DNA of 37,455 bases from the UHGV virus genome UHGV-0248180; one strand, written 5' to 3'. The stretch comes from a virus. Each line of letters starts with the position of its first letter. Positions within the stretch are counted from its first letter, which is position 1. The position numbers and the translations under genes are program-made. Shown piece after piece: positions 26,740-36,414 of the stretch. Below the pieces are notes generated by a model. That model was not told where the DNA came from, searched no databases, and saw nothing but the letters and a program-made list of their open reading frames with translations.

Positions 26740-27048
26740 GTGAAACAAAATAAGATTGAAGTCTATGGAATTCCAGATGAAGTTGGTCGTTGTCCTGGAT
26801 GTCAATCAGTTACAAAACTTCTAAAGGAGCTCAATGCTCCTTTTACTTTCTATAAAGTTCTTACAAATAATGGTAAGATTGAGTATGATCGTCCACTGAT
26901 TGTATCTCTTGCTAAACGCGCCGGATTCACATCTCTTAACATTCGTTATCCAGTCATTTTCATTAATGATTCTAGACAAAAGAACATTAAACATTTCAAA
27001 GAAACTCTCATTTCACTTGGATATGATAGAGATATCATAGAAGACTAA
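26740..27048 (+). CDS. nrdH: Thioredoxin/glutaredoxin-like redoxin (NrdH-like), 102 aa, GTG start
   Basis: CPGC dithiol motif near N-terminus; adjacent to nrdD/nrdG; AGGAA RBS before GTG 26740. Confidence 0.55.
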   Translation: MKQNKIEVYGIPDEVGRCPGCQSVTKLLKELNAPFTFYKVLTNNGKIEYDRPLIVSLAKRAGFTSLNIRYPVIFINDSRQKNIKHFKETLISLGYDRDIIED

Positions 27049-27051
27049 GAC

Positions 27052-27075
27052 GGGCCCTCTGGGTCCTTCTTTCTC
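27052..27075 (+). terminator. Candidate terminator hairpin (GGGCC-CTCTG-GGTCC) + T-rich
   Basis: Imperfect stem with one G-U pair in RNA, T-rich tail. Confidence 0.4.
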
Positions 27076-27146
27076 ACATTCTGTATATTACCATTCTAAG
27101 CTATCGTTCCCTTCTTATCATTCCCTAAAATAATTTTCACAAAGTT

Positions 27147-27176
27147 GTTTACAACGAGCTCAAACTGTGGTATTAT
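27147..27176 (+). promoter_or_regulatory. T4 early-type promoter (GTTTAC-N18-TGgTATTAT)
   Basis: GTTTAC 27147-27152; TGg TATTAT 27168-27176. Confidence 0.5.
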
Positions 27177-27206
27177 TAACATATGAATTGCCTTTGAGGA
27201 ATTGAT

Positions 27207-27389
27207 ATGGTTATGGTTGATAAAGAAATTAAAAAGGGACAGTATTATCTCATTAATGGTAATGCTGTTCGTGTTACTCATGTAAATAGTTTTGAAGTTT
27301 GCTATATTATACTCAAGTTACATAAACGCATGATTTGCGATCGTGCTGCATTTAGTTCAGTTGCTAAGGAAATTAAACTCCATGGGTAA
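27207..27389 (+). CDS. hypothetical protein (60 aa)
   Basis: ORF with GAGGA RBS. Confidence 0.4.
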   Translation: MVMVDKEIKKGQYYLINGNAVRVTHVNSFEVCYIILKLHKRMICDRAAFSSVAKEIKLHG

Positions 27390-27675
27390 AACGTATCGTC
27401 GTAAAGACTTAAAAGTGCGTGATTATGACTATTTCGGAAAGCGTAAAGCTCCTGATGGTGTAAGTCATAAAGATATGGTTGAAAACATTTTTCGCTCAGA
27501 TAAATGGCGACGTATGCGAGGTGTTGATTCAGAGGTTAAGAATGAATTGAATCGTCAATTACGTGGTGAAGTAAGAAAGTTGAAAAAATCAGTTTACATT
27601 GACGATGATTTTGATTATAATACTTCTCAACGAGTTGCTAAACGCAAATCAAACGAGTGTTATCGTTACAGCTGA
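27382..27675 (+). CDS. hypothetical highly basic protein (97 aa)
   Basis: ORF; Arg/Lys-rich. Confidence 0.5.
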   Translation: MGKTYRRKDLKVRDYDYFGKRKAPDGVSHKDMVENIFRSDKWRRMRGVDSEVKNELNRQLRGEVRKLKKSVYIDDDFDYNTSQRVAKRKSNECYRYS

Positions 27676-27682
27676 GGAAAAT

Positions 27683-27814
27683 ATGAATATCAAACGAATG
27701 CTTTTTAAGCAAGGGCTATATACTTTAAATGCTACTCCAAAAGGCGATACAACTAAGTGGTCAGTAAATGACTGGATTAAATTTATTGATGAAAATGGTA
27801 ATTGGGAAATTTAA
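27683..27814 (+). CDS. hypothetical small protein (43 aa)
   Basis: GAGGAAA RBS then ATG 27683; track ORF 27599 extended upstream. Confidence 0.35.
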   Translation: MNIKRMLFKQGLYTLNATPKGDTTKWSVNDWIKFIDENGNWEI

Positions 27815-28015
27815 ATGAATCCTGAATCTAAATTATCGCAGCGAATTGCTGAAGAACGCGCCAAATTTTTCCAGAACATGAAACACAATGGTATTGAGGA
27901 TGAAGTTTTTCTAAATTGGTTCTGGAATAATAAGTATGCAGCATGTGAAGGAGCTTTGTCATTGTCAGTCGCAATGATGTACGAAGGCTGGAAGGGTGCC
28001 AAAAAGTTTAGCTAA
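27815..28015 (+). CDS. hypothetical protein (66 aa)
   Basis: ORF; followed by terminator. Confidence 0.45.
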   Translation: MNPESKLSQRIAEERAKFFQNMKHNGIEDEVFLNWFWNNKYAACEGALSLSVAMMYEGWKGAKKFS

Positions 28016-28017
28016 GG

Positions 28018-28037
28018 GCTTCGGCCCTTTTTGGATA
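28018..28037 (+). terminator. Rho-independent terminator (AAGGGC-TTCG-GCCCTT + T tract)
   Basis: UUCG hairpin and T5. Confidence 0.7.
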
Positions 28038-28067
28038 ATAAAATTTTAACGTAATTGAGGATAATGT

Positions 28068-28394
28068 ATGACTATTCAGATTAAAAACGTCATTAATTCT
28101 TACGCATATGATAAAGTAGTTTCTTTGCTAGAAAAAGGCGATATTGTAACTCCTCAAATTTTGGATAAATGGGAAAAAGAGCTTCATCAGACGATGAAAC
28201 AGAATGATCAGAAGATTGGACGCAATACTGTCCGTGAATTGTTGGTTCAATATATCTTGTCAGAATTTGATGTTAAAGCTTTTGGTGTAGAATCTAAAGC
28301 TTATCAAAAGCATGAAATTTCCGATAAAACTATTCGTCGTATGAAAAATCAACGCAAGAAAAAATTTGCAGACCTGAAAATTACTAAGGTATAA
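28068..28394 (+). CDS. hypothetical protein (108 aa)
   Basis: ORF with GAGGA RBS. Confidence 0.5.
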   Translation: MTIQIKNVINSYAYDKVVSLLEKGDIVTPQILDKWEKELHQTMKQNDQKIGRNTVRELLVQYILSEFDVKAFGVESKAYQKHEISDKTIRRMKNQRKKKFADLKITKV

Positions 28395-28396
28395 TT

Positions 28397-28612
28397 ATGA
28401 ACGAAGCTCTTATTAACGATTTACGTCTTGCTGGGTATGAAGTAAATACAAATGGCATTGGTTTAACTCAAATTGAAGGAAACGGATTCATCCTTGAGTA
28501 TGAATTTAGCCAATGGTGGTTATATGCCAATTACGGCGAATTGATTGAATATGTTGATCAATTTGATTCACTAGATGCAGCTCTTGAAGCGGCTAAGTTG
28601 ATGAATGTATGA
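28397..28612 (+). CDS. hypothetical protein (71 aa)
   Basis: ORF. Confidence 0.5.
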   Translation: MNEALINDLRLAGYEVNTNGIGLTQIEGNGFILEYEFSQWWLYANYGELIEYVDQFDSLDAALEAAKLMNV

Positions 28613-28878
28613 AATTTATTAATATTTCTATTACTATTGAAAATTATGGCATTTTCTATGTTGACCAATACATGAAAATTTCATTTTTCCCAAATAAGAC
28701 TGGTGTTGGATATTGGGAAAGTCATGTTTCTGAATTAAATGAAAGTGAATACGTTAGCACACATGAAAAGTTTTTAGACTTTTTATATCATGCTGATTTA
28801 ACTAGTCATTATATAGATATTCATGAATTTAAAAAGATGATGGAGAAAGTATTCCAAGCATATTGTTTACTTAGATAA
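28609..28878 (+). CDS. hypothetical protein (89 aa)
   Basis: ORF, ATGA overlap. Confidence 0.5.
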   Translation: MKFINISITIENYGIFYVDQYMKISFFPNKTGVGYWESHVSELNESEYVSTHEKFLDFLYHADLTSHYIDIHEFKKMMEKVFQAYCLLR

Positions 28879-28956
28879 CTGATATCCTCTATGCTTTAAG
28901 ATAGATCTTCAAATATTATGATATAATAGATCTATGAATTGAGCTAAGAGGTGAAA

Positions 28957-29514
28957 ATGTCAGAAACTAAGCCTAAATATAATTACGTAAACAATAAAGA
29001 GCTTTTACAAGCTATTATTGATTGGAAAACAGAATTAGCAAATAATAAAGACCCAAATAAAGTAGTTCGTCAGAATGATACTATCGGATTAGCCATTATG
29101 CTTATTGCAGAAGGCTTATCTAAACGTTTCAACTTTTCAGGATACACCCAGTCTTGGAAACAAGAAATGATTGCAGATGGTATAGAAGCTTCTATTAAGG
29201 GGCTTCACAATTTTGATGAAACGAAATATAAAAACCCGCATGCATATATAACTCAAGCTTGTTTTAATGCATTCGTCCAACGTATTAAAAAAGAACGTAA
29301 GGAAGTTGCAAAGAAATATAGTTACTTCGTTCACAATGTCTATGACAGCCGTGACGACGATATGGTTGCGTTAGTAGATGAAACTTTTATTCAAGACATC
29401 TACGATAAAATGACGCATTACGAAGAATCAACCTATAGAACACCGGGGGCTGAAAAGAAAAGTGTTGTAGACGATTCTCCTAGTTTGGATTTTTTATATG
29501 AGGCTAACGATTAA
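28957..29514 (+). CDS. 55: gp55, late-transcription sigma factor (185 aa)
   Basis: Translation [24 protein letters not shown]... matches T4 gp55 from memory; track start 28951 is GTG. Confidence 0.95.
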
Positions 29515-29716
29515 CCTCTCCGGATTCTTGGAAGAAATACCTGAAGTTGAAGCTATTCCCTATTTACTTAAAATGTATCTCAGGGAAGTTTTAGCTCTTG
29601 ACATTGATATTGATCCAGAAAATCCGTATGATACCGCTTTTAAATCTAATGGTGTAGAATTAAACTATCGGTATCATTTAACAGATGATGATTTTTATTT
29701 TATATTAGAGAAATAA
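29498..29716 (+). CDS. hypothetical protein (72 aa)
   Basis: ORF overlapping end of gene 55 by 17 nt. Confidence 0.45.
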
Positions 29717-29717
29717 T

Positions 29718-30035
29718 ATGACTGATAAACCCGAAATTAATGATGAAGTGGAAAAGCTTATTTCTTCTATTGAAGAAAAGAACCGTCTTGAAGCAGAAAG
29801 AAAAGCAAATAAGTTATTGTCTAAAAACAAACGCGAACTGAACCGTCTTTATAAACACGCTCAGATTGCAGCTGAAAACAATAATTTTGCTCAATACGAA
29901 TATGCTATCAAGAAAAGTCGGGATATTCTAAAACAGCCATATAACGATGAACTCATTAGTATTCTTTGGAAGACTACTAGATCGCAGATTGAGGATATGA
30001 TTGATGCTTACACGCGTAAAATTCAAGCGTCTTAA
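29718..30035 (+). CDS. hypothetical protein (105 aa)
   Basis: ORF. Confidence 0.5.
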   Translation: MTDKPEINDEVEKLISSIEEKNRLEAERKANKLLSKNKRELNRLYKHAQIAAENNNFAQYEYAIKKSRDILKQPYNDELISILWKTTRSQIEDMIDAYTRKIQAS

Positions 30036-30207
30036 AATTAATGCAGGATTTACTGAATCTTTGAATGGTCATCTTTGCGTGAAAATTTCTGAAAAGGAAT
30101 ACCATGATAGTTCAATTAAAGAAGTTAATCCTCCTATTGTAAGAGCAGACCCTAATATGAAAGTGTGGGTTGATTCCTATCAAGTCAAAAAATGGTGGCA
30201 GCTGTGA
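30001..30207 (+). CDS. hypothetical protein (68 aa)
   Basis: ORF; start uncertain. Confidence 0.4.
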   Translation: MMLTRVKFKRLKINAGFTESLNGHLCVKISEKEYHDSSIKEVNPPIVRADPNMKVWVDSYQVKKWWQL

Positions 30208-30210
30208 AAG

Positions 30211-30384
30211 ATGAACGCCCAGACTTGTGAAATAGATTATAATAAAATTCGTTCCTCTAAAGTAGAAATGATGAGACGCTTTAAAGAATCTCATGATAAA
30301 GCTAAAGCAGAAGGAACTATAACATATAAGCGTATTAAATTTAGAAGCTCTAATGAGCCTCTGTATGGTGTATTATGCGGATAG
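30211..30384 (+). CDS. hypothetical small protein (57 aa)
   Basis: ORF below track cutoff; weak RBS. Confidence 0.3.
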   Translation: MNAQTCEIDYNKIRSSKVEMMRRFKESHDKAKAEGTITYKRIKFRSSNEPLYGVLCG

Positions 30385-30399
30385 GAGCTTCGGCTCCTA
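30382..30399 (+). terminator. UUCG-tetraloop hairpin (TAGGAGC-TTCG-GCTCCTA), weak T tract
   Basis: Stem-loop read from sequence. Confidence 0.45.
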
Positions 30400-30402
30400 T
30401 AT

Positions 30403-30426
30403 TGCTTTACAAATTTTTGGTAAAAT
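30403..30426 (+). promoter_or_regulatory. Candidate MotA-dependent middle promoter (MotA box TGCTTTA, 11 nt, TAAAAT)
   Basis: TGCTTTA 30403-30409; -10-like TAAAAT 30421-30426; upstream of a-gt. Confidence 0.5.
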
Positions 30427-30450
30427 AAACCAAAACAATGAGGATATTAA

Positions 30451-31653
30451 ATGAAAGTATGCATTTTTATGGCTCGAGGTCTTGAAGGTTGCGGTGTAAC
30501 TAAATTTTCTCTTGAGCAACGTGATTGGTTTATTAAAAATGGTCATGAAGTGACTTTGGTTTATGCTAAAGATAAATCATTTACTCGTAATTGCGCGCAT
30601 GATTATAAATCATTTTCAATTCCGGTTTTATTGGCAAAAGAATACGATAAAACACTTAAGCTGGTAAATGATTGTGATATTCTAATTATCAATTCAGTTC
30701 CTGCTACTTCGGTTGAAGAAGACACTATTAATAACTATAAAAAAATTATTGATAACATTAAACCTTCTGTTCGTGTTGTAGTTTATCAGCATGACCATTC
30801 TTCTCTTTCTTTGCGTCGAAATTTGGGATTAGAAGAAACTGTTCGTCGAGCTGATGTTATTTTTAGTCATTCTGATAATGGTGATTTTAATAAAGTTCTG
30901 ATGAAAGAATGGTATCCAGAAACTGTTTCTCTGTTTGATGATATTGAAGAAGCACCGACAGTATATAACTTTCAGCCTCCTATGGATATTGCGAAGGTTC
31001 GGTCAACTTACTGGAAAGATGTTTCTGAAATTAACATGAATATCAACCGTTGGATTGGTCGTACGACTACATGGAAAGGTTTTTATCAGATGTTTGATTT
31101 TCACGAAAAACATCTTAAACCTGCAGGACTAAGTACTATTATGGAAGGTCTGGAACGTTCTCCAGCGTTCATTCCTATTAAAGAAAAAGGAATTCCATAC
31201 GAGTATTATCGTCTTCATCAAGTAGACCAAATTAAAATTGCTCCTAATTTGCCAACACAAATTCTTGACCGTTATGTAAATAGCGAAATGCTTGAACGCA
31301 TGAGTAAATCCGGTTTTGGTTATCAGCTGAGTAAGTTGGATAAAAAATATCTACAGCGCTCTTTAGAATATACTCATCTCGAGCTTGGTGCATGTGGAAC
31401 AATTCCAGTATTTTGGAAATCTACTGGCGAAAATTTAAAATTCCGTGTTGATAATACTCCTTTGACCTCGCATGATAGCGGTATCATTTGGTTTGATGAA
31501 AATGATATGGAATCAACATTTGAACGTATTAAAGAACTGTCATCTGACCGAACTCTTTATGACCGCGAACGTGAAAAAGCTTATGAATTTTTGTATCAGC
31601 ATCAAGATTCAAGCTTCTGCTTTAAAGAACAGTTTGACATTATTACAAAATAA
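30451..31653 (+). CDS. a-gt: DNA alpha-glucosyltransferase (400 aa)
   Basis: Translation matches T4 alpha-glucosyltransferase from memory (400 aa). Confidence 0.93.
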   Translation: MKVCIFMARGLEGCGVTKFSLEQRDWFIKNGHEVTLVYAKDKSFTRNCAHDYKSFSIPVLLAKEYDKTLKLVNDCDILIINSVPATSVEEDTINNYKKIIDNIKPSVRVVVYQHDHSSLSLRRNLGLEETVRRADVIFSHSDNGDFNKVLMKEWYPETVSLFDDIEEAPTVYNFQPPMDIAKVRSTYWKDVSEINMNINRWIGRTTTWKGFYQMFDFHEKHLKPAGLSTIMEGLERSPAFIPIKEKGIPYEYYRLHQVDQIKIAPNLPTQILDRYVNSEMLERMSKSGFGYQLSKLDKKYLQRSLEYTHLELGACGTIPVFWKSTGENLKFRVDNTPLTSHDSGIIWFDENDMESTFERIKELSSDRTLYDREREKAYEFLYQHQDSSFCFKEQFDIITK

Positions 31654-31669
31654 AGGGCTTCGGCCCTTT
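31652..31669 (+). terminator. UUCG-tetraloop hairpin (AAAGGGC-TTCG-GCCCTTT)
   Basis: Same 18-mer recurs at 36362-36379. Confidence 0.5.
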
Positions 31670-31692
31670 AGCTTTATACGGAGTTTGATATA

Positions 31693-31833
31693 ATGATATT
31701 TCTTGGATATGTGATACTTTTTCTTGCATTTTATCTATTCACTAGAGCATGTTGGATTGGGTTCTTTATCACTCCAGATGGATTTATTTCATTAATTTTA
31801 TTTTGCATTTCAATGACGGTTCTTGATATATGA
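31693..31833 (+). CDS. hypothetical small membrane protein (46 aa)
   Basis: ORF below track cutoff; hydrophobic; ATGA overlap with gene 47 start. Confidence 0.4.
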   Translation: MIFLGYVILFLAFYLFTRACWIGFFITPDGFISLILFCISMTVLDI

Positions 31834-32849
31834 AAATTTTAAATTTAGGTGATTGGCATTTAGGCGTTAAAGCCGATGATGAGTGGATTCGCGGTATTCA
31901 AATTGATGGAATTAAGCAAGCGATAGAATATTCTAAGAAAAATGGAATTACGGTATGGATTCAATACGGTGATATTTTTGATGTGCGAAAAGCGATCACG
32001 CATAAAACTATGGAGTTCGCCCGTGAAATAGTTCAAATGCTTGATGATGCTGGTATTACCCTACATACTGTTGTAGGAAATCACGATCTCCACTATAAAA
32101 ATGTAATGCATCCAAATGCCTCTACTGAGCTTTTGGCTAAATATCCTAATGTTAAAGTGTATGATAAGCCTACTACAGTAGATTTTGACGGGTGTTTGAT
32201 TGATTTGATTCCTTGGATGTGTGAAGAAAATACTGGTGAAATTCTCGAGCACATAAAAACTTCTTCTGCTTCTTTTTGTGTTGGTCACTGGGAACTGAAT
32301 GGATTTTATTTTTATAAAGGAATGAAATCTCACGGTCTTGAACCTGATTTCCTTAAGACTTATAAAGAAGTGTGGTCTGGTCACTTCCATACTATTTCTG
32401 AGGCTGCAAACGTCAAATATATTGGGACACCATGGACACTAACTGCAGGTGACGAGAATGACCCTCGTGGGTTCTGGATGTTTGACACAGAAACAGAACG
32501 AATGGAATTTATTCCAAACAATACTACATGGCATCGTAGAATTCATTATCCATTTAAAGGAAAAATTGACTATAAAGATTTTACAAATCTATCAGTACGT
32601 GTTATAGTAACTGAAGTAGACAAAAATCTAACGAAGTTCGAATCTGAACTAGAAAAAGTTGTGCATTCATTACGAGTTGTGTCAAAAATTGATAACTCTG
32701 TCGAGTCAGATGACAGTGAAGAAGTTGAAGTTCAATCTCTTCAGACGTTGATGGAAGAATACATTAATGCAATTCCAGACATTACTGATTCTGACCGTGA
32801 AGCACTTATTCAATATGCAAATCAGCTATATGTAGAGGCAACACAATGA
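31830..32849 (+). CDS. 47: gp47 recombination nuclease (Mre11-like), 339 aa
   Basis: Phosphoesterase motifs DWHLG, GDIFD, GNHD; matches T4 gp47 from memory. Confidence 0.95.
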   Translation: MKILNLGDWHLGVKADDEWIRGIQIDGIKQAIEYSKKNGITVWIQYGDIFDVRKAITHKTMEFAREIVQMLDDAGITLHTVVGNHDLHYKNVMHPNASTELLAKYPNVKVYDKPTTVDFDGCLIDLIPWMCEENTGEILEHIKTSSASFCVGHWELNGFYFYKGMKSHGLEPDFLKTYKEVWSGHFHTISEAANVKYIGTPWTLTAGDENDPRGFWMFDTETERMEFIPNNTTWHRRIHYPFKGKIDYKDFTNLSVRVIVTEVDKNLTKFESELEKVVHSLRVVSKIDNSVESDDSEEVEVQSLQTLMEEYINAIPDITDSDREALIQYANQLYVEATQ

Positions 32850-33109
32850 CTTTTGATGAATTTAAAAATGTTATGATGAGTCAGCATTTTGAATGCGAAG
32901 TAAAAGATGATATTGGTCATAAAGAAATTATTGAATATTGGTTTGAACCGTTAGAGGTTGAAGATAATTGTATTAAAAAGGTTACGGTCTGCACTGACTG
33001 GGCTGTATCTTTTAACTTCAACATTTTAGATAATGACACACCTAAATCATTACAAGATATGGCTGTATCTTGTATTAAGGATGCATACTGTGAAGTTTTC
33101 GACATTTGA
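32846..33109 (+). CDS. hypothetical protein (87 aa)
   Basis: ORF, ATGA overlap. Confidence 0.5.
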   Translation: MTFDEFKNVMMSQHFECEVKDDIGHKEIIEYWFEPLEVEDNCIKKVTVCTDWAVSFNFNILDNDTPKSLQDMAVSCIKDAYCEVFDI

Positions 33110-33296
33110 CATTAATGATGAATTCATAGCAAATATTGATTATACCGAAGAAGATTCTAGATATGTTGGAATAATTTATATCACATCAAAAGCAGCACAA
33201 GGTGTTGTTTGCATGGCTGAATTTGATGAATACTTTTTAGATTATGATGATATGATAGAATGGTCTAAAAGATACATTAAAAGGAATCTTTTGTGA
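33081..33296 (+). CDS. hypothetical protein (71 aa)
   Basis: ORF; TAAGG RBS before ATG 33081 (track start 33033 lies inside upstream gene). Confidence 0.45.
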   Translation: MHTVKFSTFDINDEFIANIDYTEEDSRYVGIIYITSKAAQGVVCMAEFDEYFLDYDDMIEWSKRYIKRNLL

Positions 33297-34975
33297 AGAA
33301 TTTTAAACTAAACCGAGTTAGGTATCAAAATATAATGTCAGTAGGTGGAAATCCTATTGACATTCAACTAGATAAGGTTCAAAAAACTCTTATTACTGGA
33401 CGAAATGGCGGTGGTAAGTCTACTATGCTAGAAGCCATCACATTTGGGCTTTTTGGAAAGCCATTTCGTGATGTAAAGAAAGGCCAATTAATAAACAGCA
33501 CAAATAAGAAAGAACTTTTAGTTGAACTGTGGATGGAATATGATGAGAAAAAGTACTATATCAAAAGAGGACAAAAACCAAACGTTTTCGAAATCACCGT
33601 TAACGGTACACGTCTTAATGAATCTGCCAGCAGTAAAGATTTCCAAGCAGAATTTGAACAGCTTATCGGAATGTCATATGCCAGTTTCAAGCAGATTGTT
33701 GTCCTTGGTACAGCAGGGTATACCCCTTTCATGGGTTTGTCGACCCCTGCGCGAAGAAAGCTTGTGGAAGACCTGCTTGAGGTAGGAACATTAGCTGAAA
33801 TGGATAAGCTTAATAAAGCACTAATACGTGAATTAAATTCGCAGAACCAAGTGCTTGATGTTAAAAAAGATAGTATTATCCAACAAATTAAAATATATAA
33901 TGATAACGTTGAACGCCAGAAAAAATTAACTGGTGACAACCTTACTCGTCTGCAAAATATGTATGATGATTTGGCAAAAGAAGCTAGAACGCTAAAATCG
34001 GAAATAGAAGAAGCTAACGAAAGATTAGTTAATATTGTTTTGGATGAAGACCCTACTGATGCATTTAATAAAATCGGTCAAGAAGCATTTTTAATTAAAT
34101 CGAAAATTGATTCGTATAATAAAGTCATTAATATGTATCACGAAGGTGGATTATGTCCAACCTGTTTGTCACAATTGAGTTCCGGTGATAAAGTTGTTTC
34201 TAAAATTAAAGATAAAGTTTCTGAATGCACGCATTCGTTTGAACAGCTTTCAACACACCGTGATAATTTAAAAGTTCTTGTTGATGAATACCGAGATAAT
34301 ATTAAAACCCAGCAGTCGTTGGCAAATGATATTCGCAATAAAAAGCAATCTCTAATCACGACGGTAGATAAAGCTAAAAAAGTTAAAGCAGCTATAGAAA
34401 AAGCATCATCCGAGTTTATTGACCATGCTGATGAAATAGCACTGCTTCAAGAAGAACTTGATAAAATTGTTAAGACAAAAACTAATTTAGTAATGGAAAA
34501 ATACCACAGAGGAATTTTGACTGACATGCTCAAAGATTCTGGTATTAAAGGTGCTATTATTAAAAAGTGCATTCCATTATTTAATAAGCAGATTAACCAT
34601 TATCTTAAAATAATGGAAGCGGATTATGTGTTTACATTAGATGAAGAATTTAATGAGACAATTAAATCCCGTGGTCGCGAAGATTTTAGTTATGCTTCAT
34701 TTAGTGAAGGTGAAAAAGCAAGAATTGATATTGCTCTTTTATTTACTTGGCGTGATATTGCTTCTATTGTATCTGGTGTTAGTATTAGTACATTAATACT
34801 CGATGAAGTGTTTGATGGGTCATTTGATGCCGAAGGTATTAAAGGTGTAGCTAATATTATAAATTCAATGAAAAACACTAATGTTTTTATAATTTCGCAT
34901 AAAGACCATGACCCGCAAGAATATGGTCAGCATCTTCAAATGAAGAAAGTTGGTCGATTTACTGTAATGGTTTAA
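33293..34975 (+). CDS. 46: gp46 recombination ATPase (Rad50/SbcC-like), 560 aa, GTG start
   Basis: Walker A GRNGGGKST, zinc hook CPTC, C-terminal signature/Walker B LILDEVFDGS; AAGGAA RBS. Confidence 0.95.
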   Translation: MKNFKLNRVRYQNIMSVGGNPIDIQLDKVQKTLITGRNGGGKSTMLEAITFGLFGKPFRDVKKGQLINSTNKKELLVELWMEYDEKKYYIKRGQKPNVFEITVNGTRLNESASSKDFQAEFEQLIGMSYASFKQIVVLGTAGYTPFMGLSTPARRKLVEDLLEVGTLAEMDKLNKALIRELNSQNQVLDVKKDSIIQQIKIYNDNVERQKKLTGDNLTRLQNMYDDLAKEARTLKSEIEEANERLVNIVLDEDPTDAFNKIGQEAFLIKSKIDSYNKVINMYHEGGLCPTCLSQLSSGDKVVSKIKDKVSECTHSFEQLSTHRDNLKVLVDEYRDNIKTQQSLANDIRNKKQSLITTVDKAKKVKAAIEKASSEFIDHADEIALLQEELDKIVKTKTNLVMEKYHRGILTDMLKDSGIKGAIIKKCIPLFNKQINHYLKIMEADYVFTLDEEFNETIKSRGREDFSYASFSEGEKARIDIALLFTWRDIASIVSGVSISTLILDEVFDGSFDAEGIKGVANIINSMKNTNVFIISHKDHDPQEYGQHLQMKKVGRFTVMV

Positions 34976-34989
34976 TTTATAAGAGATTA

Positions 34990-35013
34990 TGCTTTAATTT
35001 ATTAGAGTATAAT
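34990..35013 (+). promoter_or_regulatory. Candidate MotA-dependent middle promoter (TGCTTTA, 11 nt, TATAAT)
   Basis: TGCTTTA 34990-34996; TATAAT 35008-35013. Confidence 0.55.
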
Positions 35014-35030
35014 CTCTATGGAGGAAAAAC

Positions 35031-35219
35031 ATGGAATATTCAACTGGACAGCATCTATTAACTATTCCTGAAATAAAACGATATATTCTGAGAAATAATT
35101 TTTCTAATGAAGAGCATATAGTTACTGAATCTATGCTTAGGAATGCATTTAAAGCAGAATATACAAAAATAATGTCCAATAGAAATGAAGCTTGGACTGT
35201 TACTGATTATTATGACTAA
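35031..35219 (+). CDS. hypothetical protein (62 aa)
   Basis: ORF with GGAGG RBS. Confidence 0.5.
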   Translation: MEYSTGQHLLTIPEIKRYILRNNFSNEEHIVTESMLRNAFKAEYTKIMSNRNEAWTVTDYYD

Positions 35220-35228
35220 AGGTGTATT

Positions 35229-35618
35229 ATGACTAAAATTACTGTGAATTATACTGTTGATGTAAAAGATATTCAGCCAAAACACGTGCGTTCTGAATCA
35301 AATCCACAAAACCAAAATAAAATTCGTCGAGCATGGGTTTTGTCTCTTTCTGATAACGCAATGGAAGTTATTCAGAACAAAATTAAATCTGCACCTGCTC
35401 GTCATGCGTATTATGAAGCTATCGATCGTGAAGTAAGTAATAAATGGATTGAACTAATGCGCAAACATACTACAGAATCCCTAAACGCTGGTGCTAAATT
35501 TATTATGACTTCATGTGGTGAACGCCTTGAAGATGAATATTGCGGCAATGCAGATGAACGTCTGATTGTTGCTGCTCAAATTGTTGCCGAAACAATCGCA
35601 GCTGATTTTAATCGTTAA
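35229..35618 (+). CDS. rpbA: RNA polymerase binding protein RpbA (129 aa)
   Basis: Size and position immediately upstream of gene 45 as in T4. Confidence 0.8.
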   Translation: MTKITVNYTVDVKDIQPKHVRSESNPQNQNKIRRAWVLSLSDNAMEVIQNKIKSAPARHAYYEAIDREVSNKWIELMRKHTTESLNAGAKFIMTSCGERLEDEYCGNADERLIVAAQIVAETIAADFNR

Positions 35619-35619
35619 T

Positions 35620-35644
35620 TGCTTTATTAAATTAGTTATAAAAT
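35620..35644 (+). promoter_or_regulatory. Candidate MotA-dependent middle promoter upstream of gene 45 (TGCTTTA, 12 nt, TAAAAT)
   Basis: TGCTTTA 35620-35626; TAAAAT 35639-35644. Confidence 0.5.
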
Positions 35645-35673
35645 TAAATCTCATTTGAATTGAAGGAAATTAC

Positions 35674-36360
35674 ATGAAACTGTCTAAAGATACTACTGCT
35701 CTGCTTAAAAATTTCGCTACTATTAACTCTGGTATTATGCTTAAATCCGGTCAATTTATTATGACTCGCGCAGTTAATGGTACAACTTATGCGGAAGCAA
35801 ATATTTCTGACGTTATTGATTTTGATGTAGCAATTTACGATTTGAACGGTTTTCTCGGTATTCTGTCTCTAGTTAATGATGATGCAGAAATTTCCCAGTC
35901 AGAAGATGGAAATATTAAAATTGCTGATGCTCGTTCAACAATTTTTTGGCCAGCAGCCGATCCGAGTACAGTAGTTGCTCCTAATAAACCAATTCCATTC
36001 CCGGTAGCATCTGTTGTTACTGAAATTAAAGCTGAAGACCTTCAACAACTGTTACGTGTATCTCGTGGTCTGCAAATTGATACAATTGCTATCACAGTAA
36101 AAGAAGGTAAAATCGTAATTAACGGTTTTAATAAAGTAGAAGATTCTGCTCTGACCCGTGTTAAATATTCTTTGACTCTTGGTGATTATGATGGTGAAAA
36201 TACATTTAATTTCATTATCAATATGGCAAATATGAAAATGCAACCAGGAAATTATAAACTTCTGCTCTGGGCAAAAGGTAAACAAGGTGCTGCTAAATTT
36301 GAAGGTGAACACGCGAATTATGTAGTAGCTCTTGAAGCTGATTCTACCCACGATTTTTAA
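35674..36360 (+). CDS. 45: gp45 sliding clamp (228 aa)
   Basis: Translation matches T4 gp45 from memory. Confidence 0.97.
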   Translation: MKLSKDTTALLKNFATINSGIMLKSGQFIMTRAVNGTTYAEANISDVIDFDVAIYDLNGFLGILSLVNDDAEISQSEDGNIKIADARSTIFWPAADPSTVVAPNKPIPFPVASVVTEIKAEDLQQLLRVSRGLQIDTIAITVKEGKIVINGFNKVEDSALTRVKYSLTLGDYDGENTFNFIINMANMKMQPGNYKLLLWAKGKQGAAKFEGEHANYVVALEADSTHDF

Positions 36361-36361
36361 T

Positions 36362-36379
36362 AAAGGGCTTCGGCCCTTT
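36362..36379 (+). terminator. UUCG-tetraloop hairpin (AAAGGGC-TTCG-GCCCTTT), weak T tract; possibly an mRNA stability element
   Basis: Identical to hairpin at 31652-31669. Confidence 0.45.
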
Positions 36380-36414
36380 AATTGTAAATTTAATGAAATT
36401 TGAATGAGGAAATT

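Noticed and set aside
28866-28919. Possible promoter upstream of gene 55 (GTTTAC at 28866 and MotA-like TGCTTTA at 28892)
   Set aside because: Neither element has a convincing -10 hexamer at correct spacing; left uncalled.
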